DNA of 64,000 nucleotides from Octopus bimaculoides (taxonomy: Eukaryota). Shown here piece by piece: positions 27,408-41,077 of this stretch. The notes below the pieces were generated by a model that saw only the letters and a list, made by a program, of their open reading frames with translations, did not search any database and was not told where the DNA came from. The stretch spans positions 15,901,653-15,965,652 of the forward strand of contig NC_069001.1 in NCBI RefSeq assembly GCF_001194135.2. Direction: 5' to 3'. Within the stretch, counting starts at the first letter, position 1. Each line of letters begins with the position of its first letter. Made by a program: the position numbers and the translations under genes.

Positions 27408-28138
27408 TCAGAAATGGATTAAAAACAGCATTTTTGATTTCTATTGACAAGACGATTTTCATAACAGAAAAAAGAAAAAGAGAAAATTCATAAAAAGAGA
27501 TAGGCAAAGGCTGTATGGTTAACAAGCTTGCTTTGCAACGACATGGTTTTCGGTTCAGTCTCACCATATGGCACCTTGGGCAAGAGTTTTCTACTATAGC
27601 CTCGGGCTAATCAATGCCTTGTAAATGAATTAGGTAGACAGAAACTGTGAAGAAGCCTGCCTTATGTGTGCGTGTGAGTGTGACTTTGTCCTCTACACTG
27701 CTTGACAACTGGTGTAGGTTTGTTTATGTCCCCATAATCTAGTGGTTTGGCAAAAACAACTAATAGAATAAATACCAAATTTAAAAAACAAAAAAACTTA
27801 AGTACTAAGATTGATTTGTTTCACTAAAACCCTTCAAGCTAGAGCCCCAGCATGGCCACACACCAATGACTGAAACAAGAAAAAGAGAAAAGATCATAAA
27901 AAACCCCAAACTTTTTTTAATAAAAACTTTTCTAAAGTTTTGTATGCTGTTGTTTAACCACAGGTAAGACCTGAATGAACAGTTTTTGTGATCAAAAGCA
28001 TTGAAAAACATCAATATGTCAGAGTGACAAAGATACAAAGAGAGTATCAGGTGGTTGTGAGATGTGCTAAAAATCACAGCTAAATAGCCCTTAAATCACA
28101 CACCAAAAAACCTTTTTTGTTTGGTTTTTGCATAATCA

Positions 28139-28519
<381 letters not shown>

Positions 28520-28650
28520 TTACAGTGTAGAGTCTTAATAAGATGACATGAATTGTGGAGTGAATATTTGATAATTAACTAGAGACAACAAGGGTTTACT
28601 GTATGTTGGACCAAGACAAACATCCATAAAGTTTGCTCCACTGAGATATA

Positions 28651-29140
28651 CTGCAAATCCTCGAGTATAGTCCACCCTTGAGTATAATACGCAGGGGATT
28701 TTTAGGGGGCTGTACCTCTGAAAAACCTAAACCTTGTGTATAATATGCACCCCTTCTCTAACTTGAGTCAAGGAGGTCTATATAACGTCCTTGGTTTGTA
28801 AACATATATACGGTAATGACCTTTATTATTATTGTATATATATAACATAATGCAAACGTGTAGCTTTTTTGTGCACTTTGTTTGCAGAAAATAAAGAAAT
28901 AACAGTGATAATGTCAGTGAAAAATAAATATTAAGTAAATTGCTTTTACATATTTATCACTATCAGTTACAAGCCCCACATCACAAAATGCGTCTGAATA
29001 AATATTGCCGGACAGCAAATAGAGACTCGGACATTGCTTAGAAAATATTTTTCATTTTTAACCTTGTATATAGTACGCACTAGGGATTTTGACCTTTAGA
29101 TTTTGGGAAAAAAATGCGGATTATACTCGAAGATTAACGG
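28651..29140. mobile_element. Tc1/mariner (pogo/Tigger-like) MITE with TA TSD
   Basis: TA-ctgcaaatcctcgagtatagtccac ... gcggattatactcgaagattaacgg-TA, imperfect TIRs of about 25 bp. Confidence 0.75.
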
Positions 29141-29592
29141 TAAATGTTCCAGATCTGCTCTGATCAAGAAAATCGATAATGGGAAAGTTTCTAGCCCTGA
29201 CCATTCTGATAACAGAATCATTAGCACGTTGGGCAAAATGCTTAGTGGCATTTTGTCTGTCTTCACATTTGGAGTTCAAATTCCGCCAAGGTCAACTTAG
29301 CCATTCATCTTTTTGGGGTTGATAAACTAAGTACCAGTTGAGTACTGGGGGTTGATGTAATTGACTTACACCCTCTCCCAAAATTGCTGGCCTTGTGCCA
29401 AAATTTGAAATAATTATCATCATTAAAGCACCGAACATACTGTAAAGTGGTTGGTGTTAGGAAGGGCATCCAGCCTTAGAAACCATGCAAAAGGTGACAG
29501 TAAAGCTTGGTGCCGTTGTCTGGTTTGCTAGTTCTTATTAAACCATCCAAGCTATACCAGCATGGAAAACAAATGATGATGATGATGTTCAT

Positions 29593-29980
29593 TGTTGTTG
29601 TTGGCACTCCGTCGCTTACAACGTTGAGGGTTCCAGTTGATCCGATCAACGGAACAGCCTGCTCGTGAAATTAACGTGCAAGTGGCTGAGCACTCCACAG
29701 ACACGTGTACCTTTAACGTAGTTCTCGGGGATATTCAACATGACACAGTGTGACAAGGTTGACCCTTTGAAATACAGGCACAACAGAAACAGGAAGTAAG
29801 AGTGAGAGAAAGTTGTGGTGAAAGAGTACAGCAGGGTTCGCCACCATCCCCTGCTGGAGCCTCGTGGAACTTTAGGTGTTTTCACTCAATAAACACTCAC
29901 AACACCTGGTCTGGGAATCGAAACTGCGATCCTATGACCGCGAGTCTGCTGCCCTAACCACTGGGCCATTGCGCCTCCAC
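29593..29980 (-). mobile_element. tRNA-derived SINE family 3 (gtggaggcgcaatggcccagtgg head, (CAA)n tail) with 13-bp TSD
   Basis: TSD tgatgatgttcat at 29580-29592 and 29981-29993. Confidence 0.88.
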
Positions 29981-30695
29981 TGATGATGTTCATATGCCTA
30001 AGATTACACTGTACATGTGATTTCCATGTTCAAAATCATTATCTTAACATTCTTAATGCCAACTGGTCTGAGACCTACATTGGTTCTAAAGACAAACTTC
30101 CTGTTTTAAACTGATCTAAATTAAAACTTTCCAACAAAATTTCTTATCAAACTGTTCTAAAAACTAACTTCATAAGGAATTTATTTTACTAAATTGTTAC
30201 TTTGAATGTTAACAGAAATATAGTCATAAAATGATTAAGATAAAATCAATATAAAGGGAAATTTAATTGAATATAATTTTATCAACACTATTAATGTACT
30301 TTATGGTATACATTATCTCATTAATTAAAAATGCACTGTTGGTTTATTTGGTTTTTATGCTTTTGTCTTAGCATAAAATAGTTAGCATAATAACAAAGAA
30401 AATAAATTCAGTATCAATACAAGTTTGACAATGATTTTCTGAAACAATTGATTCCAAAGTCTTCAAGAATTACTGATTTTCCTGAACCAGGAGTGATCAC
30501 TTCAAGATTAAACAAATATCAAATTTACTTAATTCTCTTTATCACAAAGATGGAAATGTAGGCACAGACATGGCTGTGTGGTAAGAAGCTTGCTTACCAA
30601 TCACATGGTTCTGGGTTCAGTCCTACAGTGTGGCACCTTGGACTGACCAAAACCTTGTGAGTGGATTTGATAGACGGAAACTGAATGAATCCCAC

Positions 30696-30729
<34 letters not shown>

Positions 30730-31044
30730 NNNNNNNNNNCCGATAGAATAAGTACTAGGCTTACAAAGAATAAGTCCTGGGATCAATTACTTCAACAAAA
30801 AACCCCTTTAAGGCAGTGCTCCAGCATGGCCACAGTCAAATGACTGAAACAAGTAAGAGAATTTAATGAAATACATGTACATTAGTATGATAGAAGTTTG
30901 TTAGTACTGCACTGTAGAAAGTACTGTGAAACAGTACTGCCTAGTACGCTAATCTGGTGGCAGTGGGAATTTGAAGTACCCACTCATGAATTCGTGTGGA
31001 TTATAAGAGGTTCTGGATGAACAGTGTAGAGGGGTTAATCATTA

Positions 31045-31299
<255 letters not shown>

Positions 31300-32537
31300 T
31301 TAAGATTTAATTTCAAGGAGTTGATTTTAGGCTTTTGTAACTATAACACATTTTAACTCTTTAGCATTTAAGCTGGCCATAATAGACCTCTTGTTTTATG
31401 TTCAAACTAGCCTGATATAACCTCTCACACCAACCCTACAAAGCCATTCTAAAATAGACAATAACATCATCAAAATAAATAAGCTTTATATTTGGGAGAG
31501 TAATTTGAACGTTAGAAGTTAAACAATACAAAATTCAAGAGAAAGCAGAGCTGTTGGTATATACAAGAATAATAAAGGCTTAAAACTCAAGAAGATCAAG
31601 ACTGTTTGCCCAACACGAAAAATTCAATGAAGACTAAAGTAATATTTAATAGAAAAGATTTTGAATTATTAGAATAGTTAGGCACTGAATTGACAGAGTC
31701 ATGAGAGCAGCAGACAGCACACCTTGTGGTATTTATTCTGGCATGCTCTGAGTTCAAATTCTGCCAAAGTCAACTTTGCCTTTCATTTTTTCAGGGTTGA
31801 TAAATAGAGTATCTAGTGGGATGGAGTCTTCATCTCTATTCTTACTTTCTCTCTGCAAGAAATCAGCTAAGTTCAGAGTTAGAGGGTTATAGGCATGTTG
31901 CCTTCCACAATAACACCTCCACAACTCTATCAGGAATTACAGGTCATTGGAAGTATAGGGGGATAGTTATGGAATATTGAACACTACATGAAAAAAAGAA
32001 AACTGTAGTAAAAATCAATTAAGAGTCAAAATATTTAACCTCGTTATATTATCACTAAATCATGGTGAAAATAGTTCTCCACACCAAAATATATAAATTG
32101 GCTATTTCTGACAGATTCTAAAAGACAAATACCGAATACAGAGCAAATTACAAGCCAATAATGGAATATGACTTGCTAGAAACTGCAGTCAAATCTCATT
32201 CAAAATTACATATTGTACAACTTTGAAAATACCAATAAAAAAGAAACATGAAAAATTAGATTGCATAATGTTGTCCAAAATACATTATGCCTGATTAAAA
32301 GTGGAAAGTATTATGGCAGTGGTGCTTCTGATAAGTATTTTGGATTAGTCTTAAATTTGGAGATAAGCAACAACAATGGATTTTTAGTAAGAATGAAGGG
32401 TTTTAAGCAGTGTTTTTTTCCTTCCTCGTTCTTTAATTAAAAGGAGAAAGGTGATGTAGAGCTTTGTAGATTGGTGTAGATGGAGCAACAGATTAAATCA
32501 GGCCTTAAGAATATATTTCTACTAGTTTCTTCTAGAG

Positions 32538-32869
32538 CAGTGGTTCTCAACTGGGGTCCCTTGGGGATCCTTGTAAGATTTTGAGGGATCCACACTAGCA
32601 AAATAGTAAATTGGGTATCCACAGTAGTATTTTAAGGGTCCATGAAAAGTTTTGATTTCAATGAAGGTATTGCAAGAAACAGCTAGGTTTCTTTCTCTAA
32701 CAATTTACATAGTTCATCCTATACAATTAAATGAATGAATAACAAAACAGGAATTTTGAAAGCAGTGTCTATAAAATTAGTTTTTAAACATTGAATGGCT
32801 ATGGGGGTCCACTAGAATAAAAATAGTAAACAAAGTGAGCCATAAGTAAAAAATAGTTGAGAACCACAG
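32538..32869. mobile_element. hAT-type MITE with perfect 8-bp TSD TTCTAGAG
   Basis: TIRs cagtggttctcaac / gttgagaaccacag. TSD at 32530-32537 and 32870-32877. Related copies at 6342-6632 and 16205-16526 have imperfect TSDs. Confidence 0.85.
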
Positions 32870-33068
32870 TTCTAGAGGAAGGTAACTGTGCCCATGGCCA
32901 TTGCAGACTCTTCAAGACAATATTCCTCTAGAATAGTTACAAGCTGACAGCTGCAGATAAGAGAGTGGCAGTGAGGGAATTCAAAAGAGTTGATATTATC
33001 AGGAAGAAGAAGTGGACATAGTTGGTTAGCGTGGGCCTCAATAATGTAAAAGCAATTTATAAACTCAC

Positions 33069-33166
33069 CAGTGTACATTGGGGTTTCGCTGAACAATATC
33101 ACGTTCCAAATTAGCAACAAGTTCTTTATCCACACCAGGTGGGTCAAATTTCTTCTCATCCTCCTC
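33069..33166 (-). CDS. KATNA1: Katanin p60 exon (EEDEKKFDPPGVDKELVANLERDIVQRNPNVHW)
   Basis: 98 nt, ttttatag acceptor, gtgagt donor. Contains the diagnostic DKELVxxLERDIVQRNPNVHW motif. Confidence 0.96.
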
Positions 33167-34199
33167 CTATAAAATTTTAAGTAGAATTACATATTAGCTG
33201 TGGTCATCATCATTAACATTTAATGTTAGTTTCCCATGCTGGCATGGGTTGGGATGGTTTGACAGAAACTGTCAAGACTGGGAGCCATACCATATTCCAT
33301 TGTCTTTTTTGACATAATTTCTACAACTGGATGTCTTTAACACTAACCACTTTATGGAGTGTACTGAATGCTTTCCACAGGACATTAGCACCAGTGCCCT
33401 TGTATGTGGCAGCAGCACCGATAGGGTCACAAGTACCTCACCATTACCATCACTATCATTGTCACAGGTTGAGTGATCGTGTTGAGTAAAGGTTGGCAAC
33501 AAGAGGGCTACTGAAGAGAGCCTTGGAACTTTTGTGAGAAATTTTTCCAACTTAATGTTTTTGTGGGCTCTTGAGCAGTTGATGGCTATTAGATGGTCTG
33601 TTGCACATCATGATTTGTTTCATTTTTGCTAACACAAGCATTGCTTGTGATGGAAATAGCAGGGGAATATGGAGATACTTCTACATGTAAGAAATGATAT
33701 AATATACAGGAAGGCCTCATTTGTTCATTTTATGCATGTTTTTCATTTTTTCTTCACACCAGCACGAGTCAGACAAATATGTTATTGAAGCACTGTTTTA
33801 CAGCTGAATGTCCTTCCTGACACAAATTCTTACATGTTTCCAAGTCAGGGATCTCACATTCTACACAGCTTTGAAGGCACAACACCAGTGGGTATGTTAC
33901 TGATAGAAGTGTCAACAGAAAATGGCAGGAACATCAAGACTTTTGAATGAGTGAGCAATAATATAACAACACACACACACACAATAGTGGCTCCTTTTGT
34001 CGGCTACTAAAGTAGAAGACACTTGCTCAAGGTGTCTCACAGTGGAATTGCACCTGAAACCACATAGCTGGGAAGCAAACTTCTTAATCACATAGCCATA
34101 CCTGTACCTACAGCCATGCTAACAAAAACAAACATGTTAGCTTTACACATTTCTACAAGTTACATTTTAAATGCTGTTCAAAGAAAATTTTAAACATAC

Positions 34200-34350
34200 T
34201 TTTCTTTTAGACCTTTCCCGACCACCTCGGTCTTTGTTTTTATCAGCAGATGATGGCTTTTGTCTGGCTAGTGGTACTCTTGGATTTGACTTTTTAGGTT
34301 CCGGTTTCTTTGGCTGAGCCCGATGTGGTACCCATAAATTAGGAGAAGGT
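34200..34350 (-). CDS. KATNA1: Katanin p60 exon, basic linker (PSPNLWVPHRAQPKKPEPKK...RERSKRK)
   Basis: 151 nt, tttttcag acceptor, gtatgt donor, phase 2 to 0. Open in the frame set by the flanking exons. Confidence 0.88.
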
Positions 34351-35151
34351 CTGAAAAATAAGTTTAATTCAAAAATTGAAGTTCAAGTGAATAGGATGTA
34401 ACAGTAGGTACAGAAAATTATCTAATATAATTTATTGAGGGATAAATAGACCTATAAATTGTAGTTAAGACAACAACAACCCAAATATGGCCCTCATATA
34501 AAACCTTATTGCTTCACATGTATACACCAGTGTTTATTGCTCCTGAACATCTGCCACCTACAAAAACTATCTTCCCAGGAAGCCTTCCTTTGATATTGCT
34601 GCACCTCTTATGTGTCAATAGCTTACACTGGGTATGATACACAAAATAGTGAAGAAAACCTATAAACCTTTGCTACCGATGGAAGTATGACAATGCATGC
34701 ATTTTCTTGTGCCACAGGGCACTAAAGAGGGTGCTGTCGTCATTGTCCTCCTCCTCTTCCTTTAATGCCTGTTTTCCATGCTGGCATGGGTAGGACAGTT
34801 TGACCAGAGCTGGCAAGCAGGAGAGATGCACCAGGTTTGAGTCTAATTAGACTTGGTTTCTACAAATGGATACCCTTCCTAATGCCAACCACTTTACAGA
34901 GTGAGCTGGGTGCTTTTAACGCAAGTTCCATCAACTACACTAGTTATTGCTCACCTAAATGAGTTGCTTTCATCCTGGCAGTAAAGGTTTCTTATCTCCT
35001 CTGTTTATTTCCTGTCCTGATTCTAAGGCCTTCCAAATGATGACCCTACACACTTTTCTAATAACACTAGAACATCAGTTTAATAACAACCCATTCAGTC
35101 CAGTCTTTCAAACGTACCCATCACTGATCAATTATTATCAGACAGACTTAC

Positions 35152-35309
35152 TTGTGTTCAACTGGAGTTGGAAGAGGCCAACTTTCTTGGTCTCTTGTAG
35201 GCTCTTCATGTACAAACAGGTAACTACCTGCATTACATTTCTGCATTCCAGTAAGAATCGTTAAGATGTTTTTCACTGCATCATACTCTTTTGTGAAGTA
35301 GGTTTTGGC
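35152..35309 (-). CDS. KATNA1: Katanin p60 exon (AKTYFTKEYDAVKNIL...DQESWPLPTPVEHK)
   Basis: 158 nt, ttgaag acceptor, gtaagt donor, phase 0 to 2. WPLPTPVE matches the katanin WxxPxPVE linker motif. Confidence 0.92.
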
Positions 35310-35943
35310 CTTCAATAAAACAAAGTTATTAATAAATACACACACACATTTATATATTTATAATATACATATATTACTGTTTTAAATAAACTAAGACATC
35401 AGATTTAACAAAGAAATCTCAGTAAATCTTTAACTGTTTTTGATACCAACCTGCCCCATAAAAGAATTCACCTTGAATTAATAGCTTCTATCAGTATTTT
35501 TATGTAAGAATCTTTCTTTGAATTATGTTTGAAGCACAAATGTAATGTAAAAAGAAAAGTTAAATATTTAACTAAATCTCTCTCTTCTATCTTTTACTTG
35601 TTTCGAAAATAAGTCCAAGTAAGAGTTAAAAGTATTCCAGCCATTACAATGGTCAAACGTGATCCGGCCATTAACATCCATTTTTTCCTTCTACAGGCAT
35701 GAGTATCAAATGACTCTCCTATCCAATATATTTTACATATATTTACGATGGTAGGGTATGATTTAAGGCAGATTTAGCTGTCATTTCAAGTAGAGTGTTT
35801 ACATAGAAACCTCATTATTGGCTCGTGTTGTTTATCCCTAGGTCAGCTCTGATCAAGCAGGCCTGTAATAGACCAACATCTGCTTCCTCAGAGTCCAGAT
35901 TTTACTCTCCAGTATATACAGAGCTACATTATCTGCTGTTTAT

Positions 35944-36163
35944 TTAACTCTTTAGCACATATATTATTCTGTCAAATGTAAGCTTATTTTATTCATTCTT
36001 TTGAATTAATCATGCATCATCTCAGAGCTTTGAGATTTTGATATGATTGTTTATTTTTAGAATGACATTGTAGAAGTGGTGCGATAGGTTGGATCTGGTT
36101 GGTTTCAACATAAAACAGTTAGAATATGGCTGGATATGGCCAGTTTAAATGCTAAAGGGTTAA
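35944..36163. mobile_element. piggyBac-like MITE family (TTAA-C(C/T)CTTTAGCA...TGCTAAAGGG-TTAA), representative copy
   Basis: TTAA at both ends with short TIRs. Other copies at 10284-10516, 11533-11693, 15019-15247, 31353-31521 and 42977-43814 (interrupted by an RTE 3' end). Confidence 0.75.
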
Positions 36164-36339
36164 GGTGATTGAGTGTGATATGAGAAATATTTACTTACTA
36201 TAATCAAGCAGGTCTAGCAACCACTTAAATATATTCCTTCATTTGCTCAAATATATACAAGAATTGAAAAAGGCAGTGGCTGATAAACTAGATTTAACTG
36301 TATTTTGTATGTAAAAATTGGTGAAAGATGATTACTTAC

Positions 36340-36498
36340 TCGACTCCATGTGCTTTGTTTAGTTCGGTCTTTTGTACTGACAAGCAGTTTCTGAACTTTC
36401 AATAACAATCCTCGGTAATAAACCAATGACGTGTCATAGTTCCCTGTTATTGCATATTCTCGAGCATTTTTGGCAGTTTCTGCTATATCTGTTAACAT
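36340..36498 (-). CDS. KATNA1: Katanin p60 A1-like, first core coding exon (MIT domain N-terminal part, MLTDIAETAKNAREYAITGNYDTSLVYY...STWSR)
   Basis: Matches the katanin p60 N-terminal AREYAxxGNYD motif. Acceptor tttcag ends at 36500 (exon starts 36499), donor gtaagt at 36339, phase 0. Could equally be named KATNAL1-like. Confidence 0.93.
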
Positions 36499-36797
36499 AC
36501 TGAAACGAATATATACATAAAACATTATAATATATATATATATACACATGTCTTTTTAGTTCATTTTAGCCATTGTGGCTGGGTAGATCTATCTATCATA
36601 AGAAAGATATGATCTATATCATAAAATCTATATTATGATCTATATCATAAGAAAGTGAGATGACAAAGGAATGAATAATTATCTTATGAACTTCATTAGC
36701 TTACAGCTGTTTCTGCTGAGATACAGTGGTCTCATTGTTGAGTGCCTGAATAATACCTTTTAGCTTCATTGGAGCCTCAAGTGTCTCTCTCTCTCTC

Positions 36798-36834
<37 letters not shown>

Positions 36835-37021
36835 ACACACACACATACACACAAAGTTAACCTGTATGGTTAGTGAGCAAGCTTTACCACCACATGGTTT
36901 CAAGTTGAGTCCCACTGTATGGTACCGAGGGCAAGTATCTTCTATTATAGCCCTAGACCAACCAATGGTTTGTGAGAGAATTTAGTGGACAGGAACTGTG
37001 TAGAAGCCCATCGTAAATACA

Positions 37022-37052
<31 letters not shown>

Positions 37053-37234
37053 ACACAGACGTATTTTCTCCCTCCCCACCTCTGCTTGACAAGTGGTATT
37101 GCTTTATGTATGTTTCTTTAACTTAGTGATTTGGCAAATAAGTATCAGGGTTGAGCTGTTCACTTAGTCTTCAAGGCAGTGCCCCAGCATGGCTATAATG
37201 ACTGAAATACGTAAAAGATAAAAAAATTTACTAA

Positions 37235-37620
37235 GGCCCAGGAGTGGCTGTGTGGTAAGTAGCTTGCTTACCAACCACATGGTTCCAGGTTCAGTCCCAC
37301 TGCGTGGCACCTTGGGCAAATATATTCTACTATAGCCTCAGGCCGACCAAAGCCTTGTGAGTGGATTTGGTAGATGGAAATTGAAAGAAGCCCGTTGTAT
37401 ATATGTATATATATGTGTATTTGTGTTTGTCCTTCCAACATCGCTTGACAACTAATGCTGGTGTGTTTACGTTCCCGTAACTTAGTGGTTCGGCAAAACA
37501 GACCGATAGAATAAGTACTAGGCTTACAAAGAATAAGTCCTGGGATCGATTTGCTCGACTAAAGGTGGTGCTCCAGTATGGCCGCAGTCAAATGACTGAA
37601 ACAAGTAAAATAGCAAAAGA
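37235..37620 (+). mobile_element. tRNA-headed SINE family 1 (gtggcaccttgggcaagtgtctt core, internal TA/TG microsatellite, gactgaaacaagtaaaaga tail), representative copy
   Basis: Pol III A/B-box-like head. Further copies near 5027-5405(-), 10835-11185, 19671-20065, 23291-23677, 27505-27885, 30560-30860, 36860-37225, 45520-45872, 57880-58205(-) and 62450-63105(-). Confidence 0.85.
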
Positions 37621-37827
37621 GAGTATAACTTCCATGTCTTCATCCATAGTAAAAAGTTCAGCTTACTGTTTTCTGAAGTCTCTGGGTGAAACTTAGAAAG
37701 TAACAACAACAATAATAATAACAGCAATAATCTTTTCTGCTATAGGCAAAAGGCCTGAAATTTTGGAGGAGGGGTTAGTCAACAATATCACCCCAGACTG
37801 GTATTTCTTTTTATTGACCAAACAAAG

Positions 37828-37943
37828 TTAACCTTTAGCACACTGTATTTTCTGTAGAATTGTTTCCTCTGTCACCGCTCTGTTACTATATGGGAGAAAA
37901 CTCATATGGTGATATGATGCACCTACAGTGTGCTGAAGGTTAA
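37828..37943. mobile_element. 116-bp piggyBac-like mini-MITE inserted at a TTAA inside a SINE family 2 copy
   Basis: ttaacctttagcacactgta / tacagtgtgctgaaggttaa (one mismatch). The host SINE resumes with ccttggtgggatttgaa. Confidence 0.75.
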
Positions 37944-38194
37944 CCTTGGTGGGATTTGAAAATATAATGTTGCAACAAATACCACAAGGCATTCTGTCTG
38001 ATACTCTAACAATTCAACTCATCCACTGCATCATCATCATCGTTTAATGTCCGCTTTCCATGCTAGCATGGGTTGAACGATTTGACTGAGGACTGGTGAA
38101 ACCAGATGGCTACACCAGGCTCCAATCTGATTTGGCAATGTTTCTACAGTTGGATGCCCTTCCTAACGTCAACCACTTCGAGAGTGTAGTGGGT

Positions 38195-38870
38195 GCTAAT
38201 CCTTTCTATGACAGGCACAAGGCTTGAAGTTTGGACGAGGGGGATAGTTGATTACATCATCCCCAGTACACTAGCTGGTACTTATCTTACCAATCCCAAA
38301 AGGATGAAAGGCAAATTTGACCTCAGTGGAATTTGAACTCAGAACATAAAGACAGACGAAATGCCACTAAGCATCTTGCCTGCTGTGCTAACAATTCTGT
38401 CAGCTTGCTGCCTTAATAATAATAATAATGATAATGGTTTCAAATTTTGGCTCAAGGCCAGCATGTTCAAGGGAGGGGGTAAGTCGATTACATCAACCTG
38501 TATTTGACTAGTGCTTATTTCATTGACCCTGAAAGGATGAAATGTAAAGTCGACCCTGGCAGCATTTGAACCCAGAAGGTAAAAATGAATGAAATGCCAC
38601 AAAGCATTTTGCCCAATGTGCCAATGATTCAGTCAGTTCACTACCTTAATAATAATAACATAATCCTTTCTGCTGTAGGCACATGGGGGTGGGGTTAGTC
38701 AATTACATCAACCCAAGTACTCAATTGGTACTTATTTTATCAACCCAAAAGATGAAAGGCAAAGTCAACCTTGGCAGAATTTGAACTCGGAACATAAAGG
38801 CAGATGATACGCTCCTAAGCATTTTGTCTGGTGTGCTGATGTCTCCACTAGGTTGCCATCTTAACAGTTT
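38195..38870 (-). mobile_element. Three head-to-tail SINE family 2 copies
   Basis: Same unit repeated with (AAT)n spacers. Confidence 0.8.
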
Positions 38871-39480
38871 CTAATTTAATTACAAGACCAACACATTTGA
38901 AGGGGAGGGGCTAATCCATTAAATAGGTCCCAGAATTTGAATGGTACTTTATTTTATCAACTCTGACCTGAAAGGATGGAATAAGGAAAAGTCCCAGAAG
39001 CTAGAAAGATAAATAAGGAAGGTGATGACAATCCATGGTGGATTTATTAAATGTAAAAAGTGACATTCAGAGGGACAGGAAAGATGTGAAGAGGAAAATC
39101 TGGGATAGTATGTAGCTTATTGTTCAGAATCACTATATGGTTGGTACAACAGTCTCTGATGTGACAGAGGCTGGTACCACATAAAAGGCACCCATACCAA
39201 TGTCATGTAAAAGCACTCATACTGGTGCCACATAAAAAGCATCTCTGCTTGGTGTCATGCATAAAGCATCCATGCTGGTGTCACATATAAATTACTGATG
39301 CTGGTTCCAGATAAAAAGCACCCAGCACACTCTGTAAAGTGGTTGGCATTAGGAAGGGCATGCAGCCATAGAAACTACGCTAAAACAGGCAACTGGAGCC
39401 TGGTGCAGCTCTCCAGCAGGCCAGCTCTTGTCAAACCGTCTGACCCATGCCAGCGTGGAAGACAGAAATTAACTGATAAA

Positions 39481-39712
39481 GGCAGTGAGCTGGCAGAAAC
39501 GTTAGCACGCTGGGTGAAATGCTTAACGGTATTTCGTCTGCTGCTACGTTCTGAGTTCAAATTCCGCCGAAGTCGACTTTGCCTTTCATCCTTTCGGGGT
39601 CGATTAAATAAGTACCAGTTACACACTAGGGTCGATATAATCGACTTAACCCATTTGTCTGTCCTTGTATGTCCCCTCTGTGTGTAGCCCCTTGTGGGCA
39701 GTAAAGAAATAA
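39481..39712 (+). mobile_element. tRNA-headed SINE family 2 (gcctttcatcctttcggggtcgat central domain, MetaSINE-like), young copy with TSD
   Basis: Flanked by agaaattaac(t/c)gat at 39464-39477 and 39712-39725. A same-subfamily copy lies at 13255-13487 (-). The MetaSINE label is from recall. Confidence 0.85.
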
Positions 39713-39729
39713 GAAATTAACCGATGATG

Positions 39730-40070
39730 ATGATAATTCCTGATGAAGGCTGGAAGGTACACTGGTTGAGATGCTGTGACTATAACATCCAAGATGAAGA
39801 CACTAGCCTCAATATATCAGTGTATATAGATTATAGTATGTAACTGGCTGATCTAAGTAATAGACAGTACATATATATATATAGATCACAGTGTATAAAA
39901 GAAAGTCGTAAATGCTAGTCACACTAAAAGTTACTGAGTATAGCAGAAAGCTAGATGGTATGACAGCGAAAACATTGTAATTATAGCAACCAAGATGAGT
40001 ACACTAGTTTGAATAAATCGGGGTATAATAATAATTCCACATCTAAAATATTTAGAATAATTAATCCAAT
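39730..40070 (+). mobile_element. Two tandem decayed copies of a repeat related to the 44362 hammerhead element
   Basis: cctgatgaaggctggaaggtac...caagatgaagacactag and gaaagctagatggtatg...caagatgagtacactag, about 200 bp apart. Confidence 0.5.
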
Positions 40071-40625
40071 TTTATTTGTAATTTAGTCAGGAGAGGAGGG
40101 CAGAGGGGAAGAAACCCTGACTCAAGGCTTATCCTCAGAAATAAACCATTATATATATATACATTTTATTGAAATATGGTGACATTTTTACCCAATAATG
40201 CTTGTTAGTATAATTCTTGACACCTTAAATACTATGTTGATGGGTGAAAGAAACTGATCTAATTGCAAGCTTAGACAAGCTCTTGGGATTATTTATGTTT
40301 TAACACCATTACAGCATGCAAGCGAGCTACTATTATAAACAGTAGCTAGTTGTTGCAGAGTTGACACTTGAATAATTTATATATATATATATATATAAAA
40401 TTACATACAGATATCGGGTGCAGATTGCATTGAATAACTGGCCATAGGAGGTGCCCTCCAGGGGTTAAAAATAGCAGTAATGTCAGTTCCTACAGAACAG
40501 CCATGTTTAATTGGAGATAAACATTACTTCTCTGTATAGTTACTACTTTCATCTCATAGAGATTTTCTAACCAGCTAATTTGCTACACACACACACATAA
40601 ATACATTATATCATATATCTATCTA

Positions 40626-40697
<72 letters not shown>

Positions 40698-41077
40698 GAT
40701 TCTTTTCTTAATTTTAAATTTTAAAACATTTTTAAAACTAAATTTAATTTTATCCCAATTTTATACATTAATGTATACACACATTTTATAAGGCTCTACT
40801 TTTGCATATATCCAGGGACCTAAAATATAAAATATCCGCATTTGGAACAGAATTGAAGAAATATTTATAAACACACAGCCCACAAATTCTATTAAACACA
40901 GGAGTTAAAGTTTCTACATACTAATCAAATTGCTTAAAAAAAAAAAACAATGAACACCTAGAGAGAAACATACAGACCAACAACCTCTACTCCTACCTAC
41001 ATCTTTTTGTGAATCTCAAAGCATGAGATAAGCAAACTTCTATACTAACAACACCATGACATACCTGACTATTAACT

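Noticed and set aside
39172-39330. About six regularly spaced 25-27 bp units (ctggtgccacataaaaagca...) resembling a CRISPR array
   Set aside because: The units are degenerate tandem copies of a motif from the RTE-associated 3' UTR, with no unique spacers and no cas genes, in a eukaryotic intron.
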